The notes under the pieces are model-generated. The model was not told where the DNA came from, did not search any database, and saw nothing but the letters and a program-made list of their open reading frames with translations. From positions 21,764-85,763 of the IMG/VR virus record IMGVR_UViG_3300034200_001896: a stretch of DNA of 64,000 nt, one strand, 5' to 3'. Of the stretch, positions 48,252 through 59,157 are shown piece after piece; position 1 is the first letter of the stretch; each line of letters starts with the position of its first letter. A program made the translations under genes and the position numbers. The DNA comes from a virus.

Positions 48252-48845
48252 ATGCAAATCACCACTACCATTAACGAAACTTCCAATAACCCTACCGATA
48301 CTCGTAATATTGTTGATAAGTATAAGCACGACCGTTTGACTAAATGGACTACAGAGCTAATTAAAAAAGACCTTCAGCAAAAGTCTTTTCCTTTTGCTGT
48401 GATGATGGAAAACTTTGTTGGTGACTTTAATCTTTCCTCTGTTCTCCGTTCTTGTAATGCAATGAATGGTCGTGAAATGTTCTATCTTGGGCGTAAACAA
48501 TATGATAGACGTGGTACCGTTGGAACGCACCACTATACTGATTTAATTAACGTAAAGACCCGCGAAGAGCTTTTAAGGCTTAAGGAACGATATACTTTTG
48601 TTGCCCTTGAAAACAGTGTTCCACAAGCAGAAAGTATTTACGACTTCCAGTGGCCTGAGAATCCTCTTATTATCATCGGGGAAGAAGGTGTTGGAATTAC
48701 TCAAGAGACTCTTGCATTGTGTGATAGATTTCTTTATATCAACCAGTATGGCAGTGTAAGAAGCATGAACGCAGCAGTAGCTGGAAGTATTGCTATGAAT
48801 GATTTTGTAATGAAATATGTAAAAAATAACAACAACATCCGCTAG
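48252..48845 (+). CDS. SpoU/TrmH-family RNA 2'-O-methyltransferase
   Basis: NLSSVLRS, IIGEEGVG, GSVRSMNAAVAGSI. Confidence 0.9.
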   Translation: MQITTTINETSNNPTDTRNIVDKYKHDRLTKWTTELIKKDLQQKSFPFAVMMENFVGDFNLSSVLRSCNAMNGREMFYLGRKQYDRRGTVGTHHYTDLINVKTREELLRLKERYTFVALENSVPQAESIYDFQWPENPLIIIGEEGVGITQETLALCDRFLYINQYGSVRSMNAAVAGSIAMNDFVMKYVKNNNNIR

Positions 48846-48889
48846 AATACTATTTATATCGTGCTAATAGCCGCACGAAGGAATACATA

Positions 48890-50203
48890 ATGTCTAAAAA
48901 ATATTACGTGTTGGACACAAACGTATACTTAAGCGATTGTGACGCAGTATTCGCGTATAAGAATAATAACGTAGCAATTCCATTAAAAGTATTAGAGGAA
49001 GTTGATAAACACAAAAAGCGTCAAGATGGTGTCGGTGCTAATGCAAGACAGTTTATTCGTACTCTTGATGAATTACGTGAAAAAGGTAGCCTTGATGAAG
49101 GTGCAAAGCTAGGAAAAGGTAAAGGAACCATCTCAGTAATTCCTTGTGATTTATCACTTCTTCCAACTGGATTTGAAAGTAGCAATGCTGATAATCAAAT
49201 TATTGCCGCCACTTTAACACTTATAAAAGAATTAGGCAATAACAAAAATGTATTCTTAGTATCTCAAGATATTAACATGAGAGTTAAGTGCGACTCTCTT
49301 GGTATTAATACTGAAGATTATATTCCTAATCAAATAGTTGAACGTGCAGAAGAAGTATTTACTGGGTTTGTTCAATACTTGGTAGATGATGCATTGATTG
49401 ACCGCTTCTATGCTGGTGAGAAGATAATGCTTGAAGAAAAAGATATTAAGCTATTCCCAAATCAATTCTTAATGCTAGTTTCTAATGCAAACGATAAGAA
49501 GACTGCATTAGCCAGATTTCGTGCTTATAATAAGCCTATCACAAAAGTCCGTGAATATAAAGACGGCGTTTGGGGCATTCACGCTAAAAACAAAGAACAA
49601 CAATTCGCTCTAGAATTGCTTATGGACCCTGATGTAAAGATAGTGTCCATCATTGGCCGAGCAGGTGGTGGAAAAACTCTAAATGCCCTTGCAGCTGGTT
49701 TACAGCAAATCCTAGACGACAAGGTATACAAGAAGCTTATCGTATCTCGTCCCGTACAACCAATGGGTAAAGATATTGGTTATTTACCGGGAACATTAGA
49801 AGAGAAAATGTCTCCTTGGTTAGCGCCTGTTCAAGACAATCTTGAATTCCTTATGGGTGATGATAAGGCACATTTACAGATGTTGATGGAAGCTGGAACC
49901 ATTGAAATGGAAGCATTAACTTATATTCGCGGTCGTTCTATTGCTAACGCATTTATCATCATTGATGAATCACAAAACTTAACATCACACGAATTAAAGA
50001 CTATAATAACCCGTGTTGGCGAAGGAACAAAAATTATTCTAACTGGAGATATTGAGCAAATTGACAATGCATATGTAGACGCAACAACAAACGGTCTTAC
50101 ATATGCAGTAGAAAAGCTTAAGCCATATGAAATCTCTGGTCACATCACTTTAAAGAAAGGCGAGCGCTCAGCTGTTGCTACTCTAGCCGCTCAAGTTTTA
50201 TAA
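48890..50203 (+). CDS. phoH: PIN-PhoH protein
   Basis: YVLDTNV PIN domain; GRAGGGKT, IGYLPG, YIRGRSI, IDESQN. Confidence 0.92.
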   Translation: MSKKYYVLDTNVYLSDCDAVFAYKNNNVAIPLKVLEEVDKHKKRQDGVGANARQFIRTLDELREKGSLDEGAKLGKGKGTISVIPCDLSLLPTGFESSNADNQIIAATLTLIKELGNNKNVFLVSQDINMRVKCDSLGINTEDYIPNQIVERAEEVFTGFVQYLVDDALIDRFYAGEKIMLEEKDIKLFPNQFLMLVSNANDKKTALARFRAYNKPITKVREYKDGVWGIHAKNKEQQFALELLMDPDVKIVSIIGRAGGGKTLNALAAGLQQILDDKVYKKLIVSRPVQPMGKDIGYLPGTLEEKMSPWLAPVQDNLEFLMGDDKAHLQMLMEAGTIEMEALTYIRGRSIANAFIIIDESQNLTSHELKTIITRVGEGTKIILTGDIEQIDNAYVDATTNGLTYAVEKLKPYEISGHITLKKGERSAVATLAAQVL

Positions 50204-50467
50204 TGGAAATTTATAATCAAGAATTACTAAAAATAGTAGAAAAAGAAAATCCATTAAAGAATTGGTTAGTAGATTATGTCGGTAATACTACAAAACCAGA
50301 AAATAATCAAGTAACAGTTAATAACATTATAGATGTTATGGCAAAAGAATTTCCTGAATTTTTATTAGCCGTAGCAGAAGAAAACTTTATTCGTGGTTAT
50401 CAGCAAGCTTTTAAAGATTTAGAAGCTAATGGTGAAATAACCCCAACGTTAGAAGAAAAATAAATTA

Positions 50468-51154
50468 ATGAGTAGTGAAAATTACATTAAGGCTTCATCA
50501 AAAAAAGCAAAAAGAATTCTAAAAGAATATACTCTTTTTGATAATGTAATGGTTGTTATTAAAGATAAAGTGTCTGATGATATAGATTTAGATTTTATAT
50601 TCAACACTATTAATAAACGTATACCATCAGTACTGGCACAAGAATTAGATGTAGTATACATCGGTCAGTTTCCACAATTAAAAGCGCGTAGCGTCGAATC
50701 AGCTTATATGAACGGCGCTATTTTTCTTTCTAATGAAATAATCGATAATGATATTTTTATAAAATCAATTATTCATGAGTTGGCTCATAATGTAGAAAAA
50801 ATATTTGGTAGAGAAGTGTTTGGCGACCAAACAATTATTCAAGAATTTGTAAATAAAAGAAAACAATTACAAGATATATTAGAAAGCTACAAATTGTATT
50901 GTGACCCACGTTTATATATACAATTTGATTATAGTAGAATATTTGATGATTTTCTTTATAAAACTGTAGGTTATGATAGATTAGCACAGTTAACTACAAA
51001 ACTTTTTATTTCTCCCTATGCAGCAACTAGTTTGCGAGAATACTTTGCAAATGGTTTTGAACATTATTTTGTTGATGAAAATCCAAAATATTTAAAATCA
51101 ATCTCTCCAAGACTTTATTCTAAGATTAATTCCTTGACAAAAATGGATGACTAG
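50468..51154 (+). CDS. Putative metallopeptidase
   Basis: IHELAH; SPYAATSLREYFA. Confidence 0.6.
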   Translation: MSSENYIKASSKKAKRILKEYTLFDNVMVVIKDKVSDDIDLDFIFNTINKRIPSVLAQELDVVYIGQFPQLKARSVESAYMNGAIFLSNEIIDNDIFIKSIIHELAHNVEKIFGREVFGDQTIIQEFVNKRKQLQDILESYKLYCDPRLYIQFDYSRIFDDFLYKTVGYDRLAQLTTKLFISPYAATSLREYFANGFEHYFVDENPKYLKSISPRLYSKINSLTKMDD

Positions 51155-51183
51155 TATATACTCATATTAGAAAGTGAGTTGCT

Positions 51184-51951
51184 ATGTCAAAACATATCTC
51201 TTATTCCGCATTAAAGATGTGGAACGATTGTCCATATAAATATAAGCTTGTTTATGTAGATAATGTAGGAAAGTTTAGCGGTAGTGAATATACGGCCTTT
51301 GGCACAGCGCTTCATGAGGCGTGCGAAAAGAAACTTCTAAATAATTCTGAAGACGAAGTAAAGATTTTTTCTGATGTATTTGAAGAAGAAATCAAAAAGC
51401 TTATTGCAGAAAAAACGCCAGATGAAAAGCTTCTCTCCGAAATGCGAGAACAGGGTAAAGTGCTAGCAAAACTAGTGCTTCCAGCGGTTCAAGAAAAGTT
51501 TGGTAATTTTACTGTTCTTGCGGCTGAAGAAGACATTTATGAAAATATGTCCAAAGTTTCAAATTGGAATTTTAAAGGTTTTATTGACTTAGTTATTAAA
51601 ACAGACGATGGGAAAATTCATATTCTTGACTGGAAAAGCTGCGCTTGGGGTTGGGATATGAAGAAAAAAAGTGACCCAATTACCACCTATCAATTGACTT
51701 TTTATAAATTTTTCTATGCACAAAAGCATAATGTAAAGCCAGAAATGATTGAAACACACTTTGCTTTACTTAAGCGTACAGCCAAAAAAGACAACGTAGA
51801 AATATTTCGTGTTACAAGCGGAGATAAAAAAACTGAAAACGCTTTTAACTTATTAACAAAAGCATTATATAGTATTGATAAAAATTTCTTTCCAAAGAAT
51901 CGCTTAAGTTGTAAATACTGCGAATTTAATAAAACAAAGGAATGTCCCTAA
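51184..51951 (+). CDS. PD-(D/E)XK nuclease (RecB/Cas4-like)
   Basis: SYS....CP, GTALH, GFIDLV, LDWKS, QL..Y, CKYCEF...CP. Confidence 0.85.
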   Translation: MSKHISYSALKMWNDCPYKYKLVYVDNVGKFSGSEYTAFGTALHEACEKKLLNNSEDEVKIFSDVFEEEIKKLIAEKTPDEKLLSEMREQGKVLAKLVLPAVQEKFGNFTVLAAEEDIYENMSKVSNWNFKGFIDLVIKTDDGKIHILDWKSCAWGWDMKKKSDPITTYQLTFYKFFYAQKHNVKPEMIETHFALLKRTAKKDNVEIFRVTSGDKKTENAFNLLTKALYSIDKNFFPKNRLSCKYCEFNKTKECP

Positions 51952-52931
51952 TGAAAACAGCGGTTATTACTGGCATTACAGGCCAAGACGGTAGTTATCT
52001 TGCAGAGTTACTTTTAGAAAAAAATTATAAAGTTGTTGGATTAGTACGTAGAAGTGCTATGGAAGATAAAAAACTCTATAATATAGAACACTTACTAGAT
52101 AACAAAAATTTAATATTAGAAAATGGCGATTTAACTGACGCTCCATCATTGTGGAGAGTAGTTAAAGATTATCAACCAGACGAATTCTACAACTTGGCTG
52201 CACAAAGTCACGTAGGCGCATCCTTTACTTCCCCCGAGAGCACTTTAGGAATAAATGCTACGGGGGTTTTAAATTGCCTAGAGGCTATTAGAAGTTTGAA
52301 GCCAGATACTAGATTTTATCAAGCCTCCACTAGTGAAATGTTTGGCGATAATATGAACGCACCACAAAGTGAAGAAACAGTGTTATCGCCAGTTTCTCCT
52401 TATGCCTGTGCTAAAGTATATGCTCACAATTTAGTAATTAATTATCGTAAAGCATATAATCTTTTTGCTTGTTCTGGAATTCTTTTTAATCACGAATCTC
52501 CTCGTCGTGGTGAGCAATTCGTTACAAGAAAAATTACTAAAGCTGCTGCACGTATTAAATTAGGACTACAAAAAGAATTACGTCTTGGAAACTTAGAAGC
52601 AAAACGTGATTGGGGTTATGCAAAAGAATATGTAGAAGGAATGTGGCTTATGCTACAACAGCCAACACCAGATGATTATGTTTTAGGAACTGGAAAAACC
52701 TATACAATTAGTGAATTTATTTCTTGCATATCAGAAATTGCTGGTTATAATTTATCTGATTATGTTATTGTAGATGATAAATACAAGCGACCAAGTGAAG
52801 TACCATTATTATTAGCTGACCCTTCAAGAGCAAAAAAATTACTTGGCTGGGAGCCGAAGACAAATTTAAAAGAATTAGCAAAAATAATGTATGTCGCTGA
52901 TTTGGAAAAGGAACAAAAGAATGTCAAATAA
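51951..52931 (+). CDS. gmd: GDP-mannose 4,6-dehydratase
   Basis: GITGQDGSYLAE, NLAAQSHV, YQASTSE, SPYACAK, FNHESPRRG. Confidence 0.95.
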   Translation: MKTAVITGITGQDGSYLAELLLEKNYKVVGLVRRSAMEDKKLYNIEHLLDNKNLILENGDLTDAPSLWRVVKDYQPDEFYNLAAQSHVGASFTSPESTLGINATGVLNCLEAIRSLKPDTRFYQASTSEMFGDNMNAPQSEETVLSPVSPYACAKVYAHNLVINYRKAYNLFACSGILFNHESPRRGEQFVTRKITKAAARIKLGLQKELRLGNLEAKRDWGYAKEYVEGMWLMLQQPTPDDYVLGTGKTYTISEFISCISEIAGYNLSDYVIVDDKYKRPSEVPLLLADPSRAKKLLGWEPKTNLKELAKIMYVADLEKEQKNVK

Positions 52932-54162
52932 GAAAATTAAGATTTTAACTTTGAGCGACCATCCACTTTCCCCAAGCGGAGTTGGTACTCAAACCAATTA
53001 TATGATACAAGGCTTATTAAAAACAGGCAAGTATCAAATAATTTCACTTGGTGGTGCTATTAAACATCAAGATTATAGACCGGTTAAATTTCATGAATAT
53101 GGTGATGATTTTGTAATCATTCCAGTAGACGGCTACGGTACTCCTGAATTAATAAGAAGTATAATCAGTAAAGAAAAACCAGACATTCTTTGGATGATGA
53201 CAGACCCACGTTTTTACACGTGGTTATGGGCCATGGAACAAGAAATTCGTCCCAATCTTCCAATAGTTTATTATCATGTTTGGGACAACTATCCTTATCC
53301 AAAGTTTAATCGTCCGTATTATCTTTCTAATGATAAAATTTGTACAATCTCTAAATTGACAAGCGATATCGTTAAAGTAGTCACTCCAGAAGTAGAAGAA
53401 GAATATGTTCCTCATGCAGTTAACATGGATATTTTTAAACCTTTAGAAGAAAAAGAATTTTCTCATTTGAAACAACAAGGAAAAACATTATTCTTCTGGA
53501 CCAATCGCAATGCTCGTAGAAAGATGAGTGGAAGTGTTGTTTGGTGGTATAAAGAATTCCTAGATAAAGTAGGACATGATAAAGCATATCTCTTGATGCA
53601 CACCGACCCTAAAGACCCACACGGTCAAGATTTGGTTGCAATTGCAGAAGAACTTGGATTAACAAGACAAAACTTTGCTATTTCTCCCGGCAAAATTCCT
53701 GCTCCTGATATGGCAAAATTTTATAACGCCGCTGACTGTACTATAAATATTAGTGATGCAGAAGGTTTCGGTTTGTCCGTTCTAGAATCTTTATCATGCG
53801 GCACGCCAGTTATTGTTAATAAAACTGGTGGTATGCAAGACCAAGCTACTGATGGTACAGAAACGTTTGGCGTCATGATTGAGCCAGCTAGCCGTGCTGT
53901 TATTGGCTCACAAGAAGTTCCATGGATTTATGAAGATAGAGTTTCTAATACCGATGTTGTAAATGCAATGATTAAAATTCATAACATGTCTAGAGAAGAA
54001 CGCAAGGCTTTAGGTCTTAAAGCGGTAGAGCATGTAAAGAAAAATTTTAGCTTTAACAAATACCACGAACAATGGGATAAGATTATGACCGATGTTCATC
54101 AAAAGTATGGTTCTTGGGAAACACGAAAGAATCACCAATCTTGGTATGTAAAGGATTTATAA
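52921..54162 (+). CDS. GT4-family glycosyltransferase
   Basis: RNARRK, EGFGLSVLESLSCGTPVI. Confidence 0.88.
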   Translation: MSNKKIKILTLSDHPLSPSGVGTQTNYMIQGLLKTGKYQIISLGGAIKHQDYRPVKFHEYGDDFVIIPVDGYGTPELIRSIISKEKPDILWMMTDPRFYTWLWAMEQEIRPNLPIVYYHVWDNYPYPKFNRPYYLSNDKICTISKLTSDIVKVVTPEVEEEYVPHAVNMDIFKPLEEKEFSHLKQQGKTLFFWTNRNARRKMSGSVVWWYKEFLDKVGHDKAYLLMHTDPKDPHGQDLVAIAEELGLTRQNFAISPGKIPAPDMAKFYNAADCTINISDAEGFGLSVLESLSCGTPVIVNKTGGMQDQATDGTETFGVMIEPASRAVIGSQEVPWIYEDRVSNTDVVNAMIKIHNMSREERKALGLKAVEHVKKNFSFNKYHEQWDKIMTDVHQKYGSWETRKNHQSWYVKDL

Positions 54163-54163
54163 A

Positions 54164-56110
54164 ATGAAAAAGATATTAGTAGCTGGACCAGTATTAACAA
54201 GAAGTGGCTATGGTGAAATGGCACGTTTTGCTTTACGCTCTCTTAAAAAACGTGCTGATGTCGATTTACATGTCATACCAACAACTTGGGGTAATACTGG
54301 TTGGATGCTAGGAATCAGCGAAGAATTAAATTGGATTAATTCTTTGATTGCCAAGACACAAACATATATTCAAAGTACTGGTAACAAGCCATCATATGAT
54401 ATAGCAATACAAATTTCCATCCCAAACGAATGGAAAAAAATGGCACCAATTAATATCGGCTATACAGCTGGAATCGAAACAAACATGATATCCCCAGCTT
54501 GGTTGCAACCAACTCAACAAATGGATAAGGTTGTTGTAATCAGCGACCATGCTAAAGCTGGTTTTCTTAATACTGTTTTTGGTAACGATAAGGGACAACA
54601 GTTTAAAGTTACGGTACCATTAGAAACTGTACACTTACCATATAGAAAAATAGAAAAAGAAGATTTACCATTAGAATTAAAGTATGATTTTAATTTCTTA
54701 TCTGTATGTCAATGGGGAGCAAGAAAGAATTTAGACCAAACAATCGTTGGATTCCTAGAAGAATTCCGCAACGAAGAAGTAGGTTTAGTATTAAAAATCA
54801 ACACCGCTAATGACTCTATAATCGATAGACATAATACAGAAGGAAGATTAAAGGCTCTGTTAAGTAACTATCCAAATCGTAAATGCTCTATTACTTTATT
54901 ACACGGCCATCTATCAGAAGGTCAAATGCAATCACTGTATACGCATCCAAAGATTAAAGCAATAGTTTCTACAACACACGGAGAAGGGTATGGTCTTCCT
55001 CTAATGGAAGCAGCTGCAAATGGATTACCTGTAATAGCAACCGACTGGAGCGCTCATACAGAATTCTTATATATGTCAGAAGAAGACGGTTCTTTAAAAC
55101 GTATGTTTGGCAAGATTGATTATGAACTAAAACCTATTGAGCAAGCACACGTATGGCAGGGCGTATTAGAAGCTAATACTCAATGGGCATACCCAATAAT
55201 GTCAAGCTATAAAAATAAATTGCGTGACTGTTTTAAGGACCATGGCCGCTACAAGTCACAAGCTAAAAAACTAGCGCCATTTGTACAAGAGAAAATGGAT
55301 GAAACTAAATTACACGATAAATTTAGTGTATTAGTAGCTGGCGAAAAAGAAAAAGAAATAGATACAGCATTATTACCAAAGATATCTATTATTGCCTCAG
55401 TATTTAACGCCGACAAGTATATTGAACAATATCTAGAAGACGTAACTAGACAAACTATCTTTAAAGATAAGTGTGAATTAGTATTAATTAATCCAAATTC
55501 GCCGGGAAATGAAGAGCCGGTTATTAAAAAATATATGGAAAAATTCCCTAATATCGTTTATAAGCGTTTAGAGGCAGACCCCGGCATTTATGCTACATGG
55601 AATATGGCTATTCAAATGGCCTCTGGAGAGTTTATAACAAATGCAAATCTAGACGATAGAAAGGCTCCATGGTCTTTAGAAAAACACGCTAAAGCCCTTT
55701 ATAGCCATCCTGAAGTAGATTTAGTATATGCTGACAGCTATGTTGTTAATGATGCAAACGTAATGTGGGAACAAGTAAAGCCAGATGCTCAAAGAAGTAA
55801 CTTTGAACAGTATACTTTAGAAGCCATGCTTCGTGGTAATCCTCCACACAACAATCCAATGTGGAGAAAAAGTCTTCATGAAAAGAACGGATGGTTTGAA
55901 GAAAAGTACAAGTCTGCTGCTGATTGGGAATTGTGGTTAAGAAGTGCATTTAATGGCTCTAAATTCATGAAAATTAATGAAGTTTTAGGAGCATACTACT
56001 TCAATCCAGAAGGCATGTCTACAAATCCCGCTAATGTTTCTTGGAAGCAACAAGAAGAAAAAGAAATATTTAAGAAATATATGAGTTTATATCAGGAAAG
56101 AGTTAAATAA
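54164..56110 (+). CDS. GT4 plus GT2 fused glycosyltransferase
   Basis: GEGYGLPLMEAAANGLPVI; then ISII...GIYATWN...NLDD...DWELWLR. Confidence 0.85.
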   Translation: MKKILVAGPVLTRSGYGEMARFALRSLKKRADVDLHVIPTTWGNTGWMLGISEELNWINSLIAKTQTYIQSTGNKPSYDIAIQISIPNEWKKMAPINIGYTAGIETNMISPAWLQPTQQMDKVVVISDHAKAGFLNTVFGNDKGQQFKVTVPLETVHLPYRKIEKEDLPLELKYDFNFLSVCQWGARKNLDQTIVGFLEEFRNEEVGLVLKINTANDSIIDRHNTEGRLKALLSNYPNRKCSITLLHGHLSEGQMQSLYTHPKIKAIVSTTHGEGYGLPLMEAAANGLPVIATDWSAHTEFLYMSEEDGSLKRMFGKIDYELKPIEQAHVWQGVLEANTQWAYPIMSSYKNKLRDCFKDHGRYKSQAKKLAPFVQEKMDETKLHDKFSVLVAGEKEKEIDTALLPKISIIASVFNADKYIEQYLEDVTRQTIFKDKCELVLINPNSPGNEEPVIKKYMEKFPNIVYKRLEADPGIYATWNMAIQMASGEFITNANLDDRKAPWSLEKHAKALYSHPEVDLVYADSYVVNDANVMWEQVKPDAQRSNFEQYTLEAMLRGNPPHNNPMWRKSLHEKNGWFEEKYKSAADWELWLRSAFNGSKFMKINEVLGAYYFNPEGMSTNPANVSWKQQEEKEIFKKYMSLYQERVK

Positions 56111-56886
56111 TGGATTTATGCACGGTAACTAATAAACGGTATGTTAAAAATGCTATTAATCTGATTAATAGTTACCGTGTTAATTCATATAATCAAAAAG
56201 TTTATTTTTATTGCTTTGATATGAATCAGGAAGAAATTAAAAATCTTTCTGAATTATATAAAGAAATAACTTTTTTAGAAGTTCCGAAAGTTTGTGATTG
56301 GGCTTGGAATCCAACAGCATTTTTTTATAAAACATATGCTATAAAAGATTGTATTAATAAATCTGATGGTTTTATTTATTCTGATGCAACAAATGTTTTT
56401 AATCGTTTTGTAGATATAAAGAAATATCTAGTTGATGATAGTTTATTTCTTCCTTATAACCATCAAGGTTTATTAAACAAATATTGGACTACAAAAAAAT
56501 GCTTTGAAAAGATGGATTGCAATTCAGCTAAAGAAATGATGCAATATTCTGCTGGCTTTCAAACATATATTGCCACAGAAGAAAACAAGAACTTTGTTGA
56601 AGAAATGTATAATTGGATGTTAGACGCAGACGTGGCATTACCCGATACATTTGCAAAAAAACCCGATGGGCAAGATGCAGACTGTATAGAACACAGACAA
56701 GACCAATCTGTATTTTCTTTATTAATTCACAAACACTTTAGACATCAAAGGTATAATCACGAAAAGCAGCTACTTTTTGGAGATTGGTTAACTTATTCTT
56801 CTTTTGATTCTTCTTATCGTCATGATATGAAATATATGGCTATGTCATCAAGAGAATCAAAGTTTGGTAATTTTAGGTTTTTATAA
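56110..56886 (+). CDS. Putative glycosyltransferase-like protein
   Basis: YKTYAI, YSDA, EHRQDQSVFSLL motif. Confidence 0.55.
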   Translation: MDLCTVTNKRYVKNAINLINSYRVNSYNQKVYFYCFDMNQEEIKNLSELYKEITFLEVPKVCDWAWNPTAFFYKTYAIKDCINKSDGFIYSDATNVFNRFVDIKKYLVDDSLFLPYNHQGLLNKYWTTKKCFEKMDCNSAKEMMQYSAGFQTYIATEENKNFVEEMYNWMLDADVALPDTFAKKPDGQDADCIEHRQDQSVFSLLIHKHFRHQRYNHEKQLLFGDWLTYSSFDSSYRHDMKYMAMSSRESKFGNFRFL

Positions 56887-56887
56887 A

Positions 56888-57598
56888 ATGAATTCAATAG
56901 GTATATATCATCATTTGGGATTAGGCGACACCATAGAATGCTCCGCTATAGTAAGAAAACACTGTAAGGAATACGATAGAGTATATTTATTTGCTAAAAG
57001 TAAATATAAAGAAATGATTAGCACTCTTTATAAAGATTTAAATAATTTAGAAATTATTTGTGTTTCTGATGACCCTTCTAAAGAAAGACAAGATGTTAAT
57101 AAATTTTTCTCTGACAATTCACAAGTTGAAAGATTTATATTAGGACATGAGAACTATTTTACCAATACCTCTCTCTTTAATCATCTTGGCATAACGTGTG
57201 CAGAAGCTTTTTACTATTTAGCAAGAATACCTTATTCATATAAATATAATGGATTTTATTTAGAAAGAAATTTATTAGAAGAGGAAAGAATATATAATAA
57301 ATTAAACCCAAATAATGAAAAGTATATTTTTATTCATGATGATGAAAAGTTGGGATTTAAAATAAGCGCTGATACTAAACTAAAAATAATTAAAAACGAT
57401 ACAACAGAAAATCTTTTTCACATGATTAAAGTTTTAGAAAACGCAGAAGAAATACATTGTATGTCTAGTAGTATTCTTTGCTTAATAGATAGTATGATTG
57501 AAAAAGCGAATTTTAAGAATCTGTTTTTACACTATAATGTTAGAAAATTTCCCTTAACACCAAATTATTTAAATAAAAAATGGACGATATTAAAATAG
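56888..57598 (+). CDS. GT9-like hypothetical protein
   Basis: HHLGLGD, YIFIHDD, AEEIHCMSSS. Confidence 0.5.
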   Translation: MNSIGIYHHLGLGDTIECSAIVRKHCKEYDRVYLFAKSKYKEMISTLYKDLNNLEIICVSDDPSKERQDVNKFFSDNSQVERFILGHENYFTNTSLFNHLGITCAEAFYYLARIPYSYKYNGFYLERNLLEEERIYNKLNPNNEKYIFIHDDEKLGFKISADTKLKIIKNDTTENLFHMIKVLENAEEIHCMSSSILCLIDSMIEKANFKNLFLHYNVRKFPLTPNYLNKKWTILK

Positions 57599-58011
57599 TA
57601 AAAATAACATATGAAAATGATTTAAAAGATTTAAAAGCATTTTTTGAAATAGAATGCGGCTCTTCAAATTTATCTTTTACATATTTTAATAAGCGTGGAT
57701 ACGAAGTAATAAAAAACCACCTATTAACTAATTTACTTTACGTAAATAATCAGCCAGCTGGTTACAGCCATTTAGATAAAGATGGAGAAAATATTTGGTT
57801 TGGTATTTGCATAGCCGAAAAATATAAAGGTAAAAAATTAGGTGAAAAATTAATTATTCACACTTTACAGCAAGCAAATGAAAATAACATAAAAAATGTG
57901 TTATTATCTGTCTATAAAGACAATTTACCCGCTATTCGTTTATATGAAAAATTAAATTTTAAAGTATACACTGAAAACGAATTAAGCTTTTTTATGATAA
58001 AGGAACTATAA
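57580..58011 (+). CDS. GNAT acetyltransferase
   Basis: YKGKKLG, N.PAIRLYEKLNF. Confidence 0.8.
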   Translation: MDDIKIVKITYENDLKDLKAFFEIECGSSNLSFTYFNKRGYEVIKNHLLTNLLYVNNQPAGYSHLDKDGENIWFGICIAEKYKGKKLGEKLIIHTLQQANENNIKNVLLSVYKDNLPAIRLYEKLNFKVYTENELSFFMIKEL

Positions 58012-58012
58012 C

Positions 58013-58321
58013 ATGGCAGATACATTAGGAAGTTTGATAGATAAGCTTTTTACAGCAGATACAAAGATGTGGAATAACCAAGAAGAACTCTATAAGATTA
58101 GAAAGATGTCCTTTGAACAATATAGGGAAGAGTATTACTCTAATGAAGAGGGGGCTCAACGCCTTTGGGAAACTTTAAAAAAGGCTTGTGACTTGAATGT
58201 TCAAAGAAATCAGCTTATTGATGAAATTGATAAGAAGATTATTGAAATGATTAAAGATGCACTTTCTGGTGAAGACTTAGATAGTGGAAAACATCTTCAA
58301 AGAAAATACAAGACATACTAA
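58013..58321 (+). CDS. DUF4254-like protein
   Basis: TLGSLIDKL...K.W..QE...LN.QRN.LIDEID. Confidence 0.55.
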   Translation: MADTLGSLIDKLFTADTKMWNNQEELYKIRKMSFEQYREEYYSNEEGAQRLWETLKKACDLNVQRNQLIDEIDKKIIEMIKDALSGEDLDSGKHLQRKYKTY

Positions 58322-58322
58322 A

Positions 58323-59144
58323 ATGGAAAAAAAATTAGATGTCAATATTCCAATTGGTATTGGCGATTTAATTACTTATCGTGGCTTATTAGATAATTTA
58401 TTACCATTTTATGAAGTAATAAATGTAAATTTATGTATGACCATATTGGACATATATAAGCCAGATAACAAAAATGAAAATACAATATTTTTGCAAAATA
58501 TTGCCAACCTTGTATTTAATAATGAAAAATACAAGGTTGGTTTAGTTTATAACGTTGAACATACCCCACCAGATATATTTGCAAAACATCATAATTTACA
58601 ATATAAAATCCCTAATTTAAGAAATGAATTATGTAATGATGATAAGATATTTGATGGAGAATATATTGTTTTAGCGACTAAGGCAAGGTTTATAGATAGA
58701 GAATTATTTTTATCTAGAAAAGAAACTTTTTGTAGCGTTTTAAACGATTTATCTAAAAAATATAAAGTTGTTTTAGTTGGTGAAAAAATTGTTGAAATGA
58801 ATAAAGAGTATCAACATCATGGCTCACATTATATTTTTAGCATTTATAACGATATTATAGATTCTCTAAAAAATAATATAATTGATTTAACCGTACCCGC
58901 TTTAGGTATTACAATACCAAATATAGAAAATCTAAAAAAAGATTGCTCTATTATGAGTCATGCTAAAAAAGTAATTACTTTTGGCGTTGGAGGTAATTTT
59001 TCTATTGCTCAAACAGTTTCTAATGCCATAGCATATAAAGAGGGTGGCGCATTAGATTTTTTATTCACCAACCATGTTAATACTGATTCATATTTTATAA
59101 CTAAAGAATGGTATGAGTTTATTAACGCTTTATTAAAACTATAA
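58323..59144 (+). CDS. Hypothetical GT-like protein
   Basis: GIGDLI motif; context. Confidence 0.45.
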   Translation: MEKKLDVNIPIGIGDLITYRGLLDNLLPFYEVINVNLCMTILDIYKPDNKNENTIFLQNIANLVFNNEKYKVGLVYNVEHTPPDIFAKHHNLQYKIPNLRNELCNDDKIFDGEYIVLATKARFIDRELFLSRKETFCSVLNDLSKKYKVVLVGEKIVEMNKEYQHHGSHYIFSIYNDIIDSLKNNIIDLTVPALGITIPNIENLKKDCSIMSHAKKVITFGVGGNFSIAQTVSNAIAYKEGGALDFLFTNHVNTDSYFITKEWYEFINALLKL

Positions 59145-59157
59145 TCAAGGATTTATA

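Noticed and set aside
51184-51951. CRISPR-associated Cas4
   Set aside because: Stand-alone PD-(D/E)XK nucleases are common in phages and there is no cas1/cas2 or array
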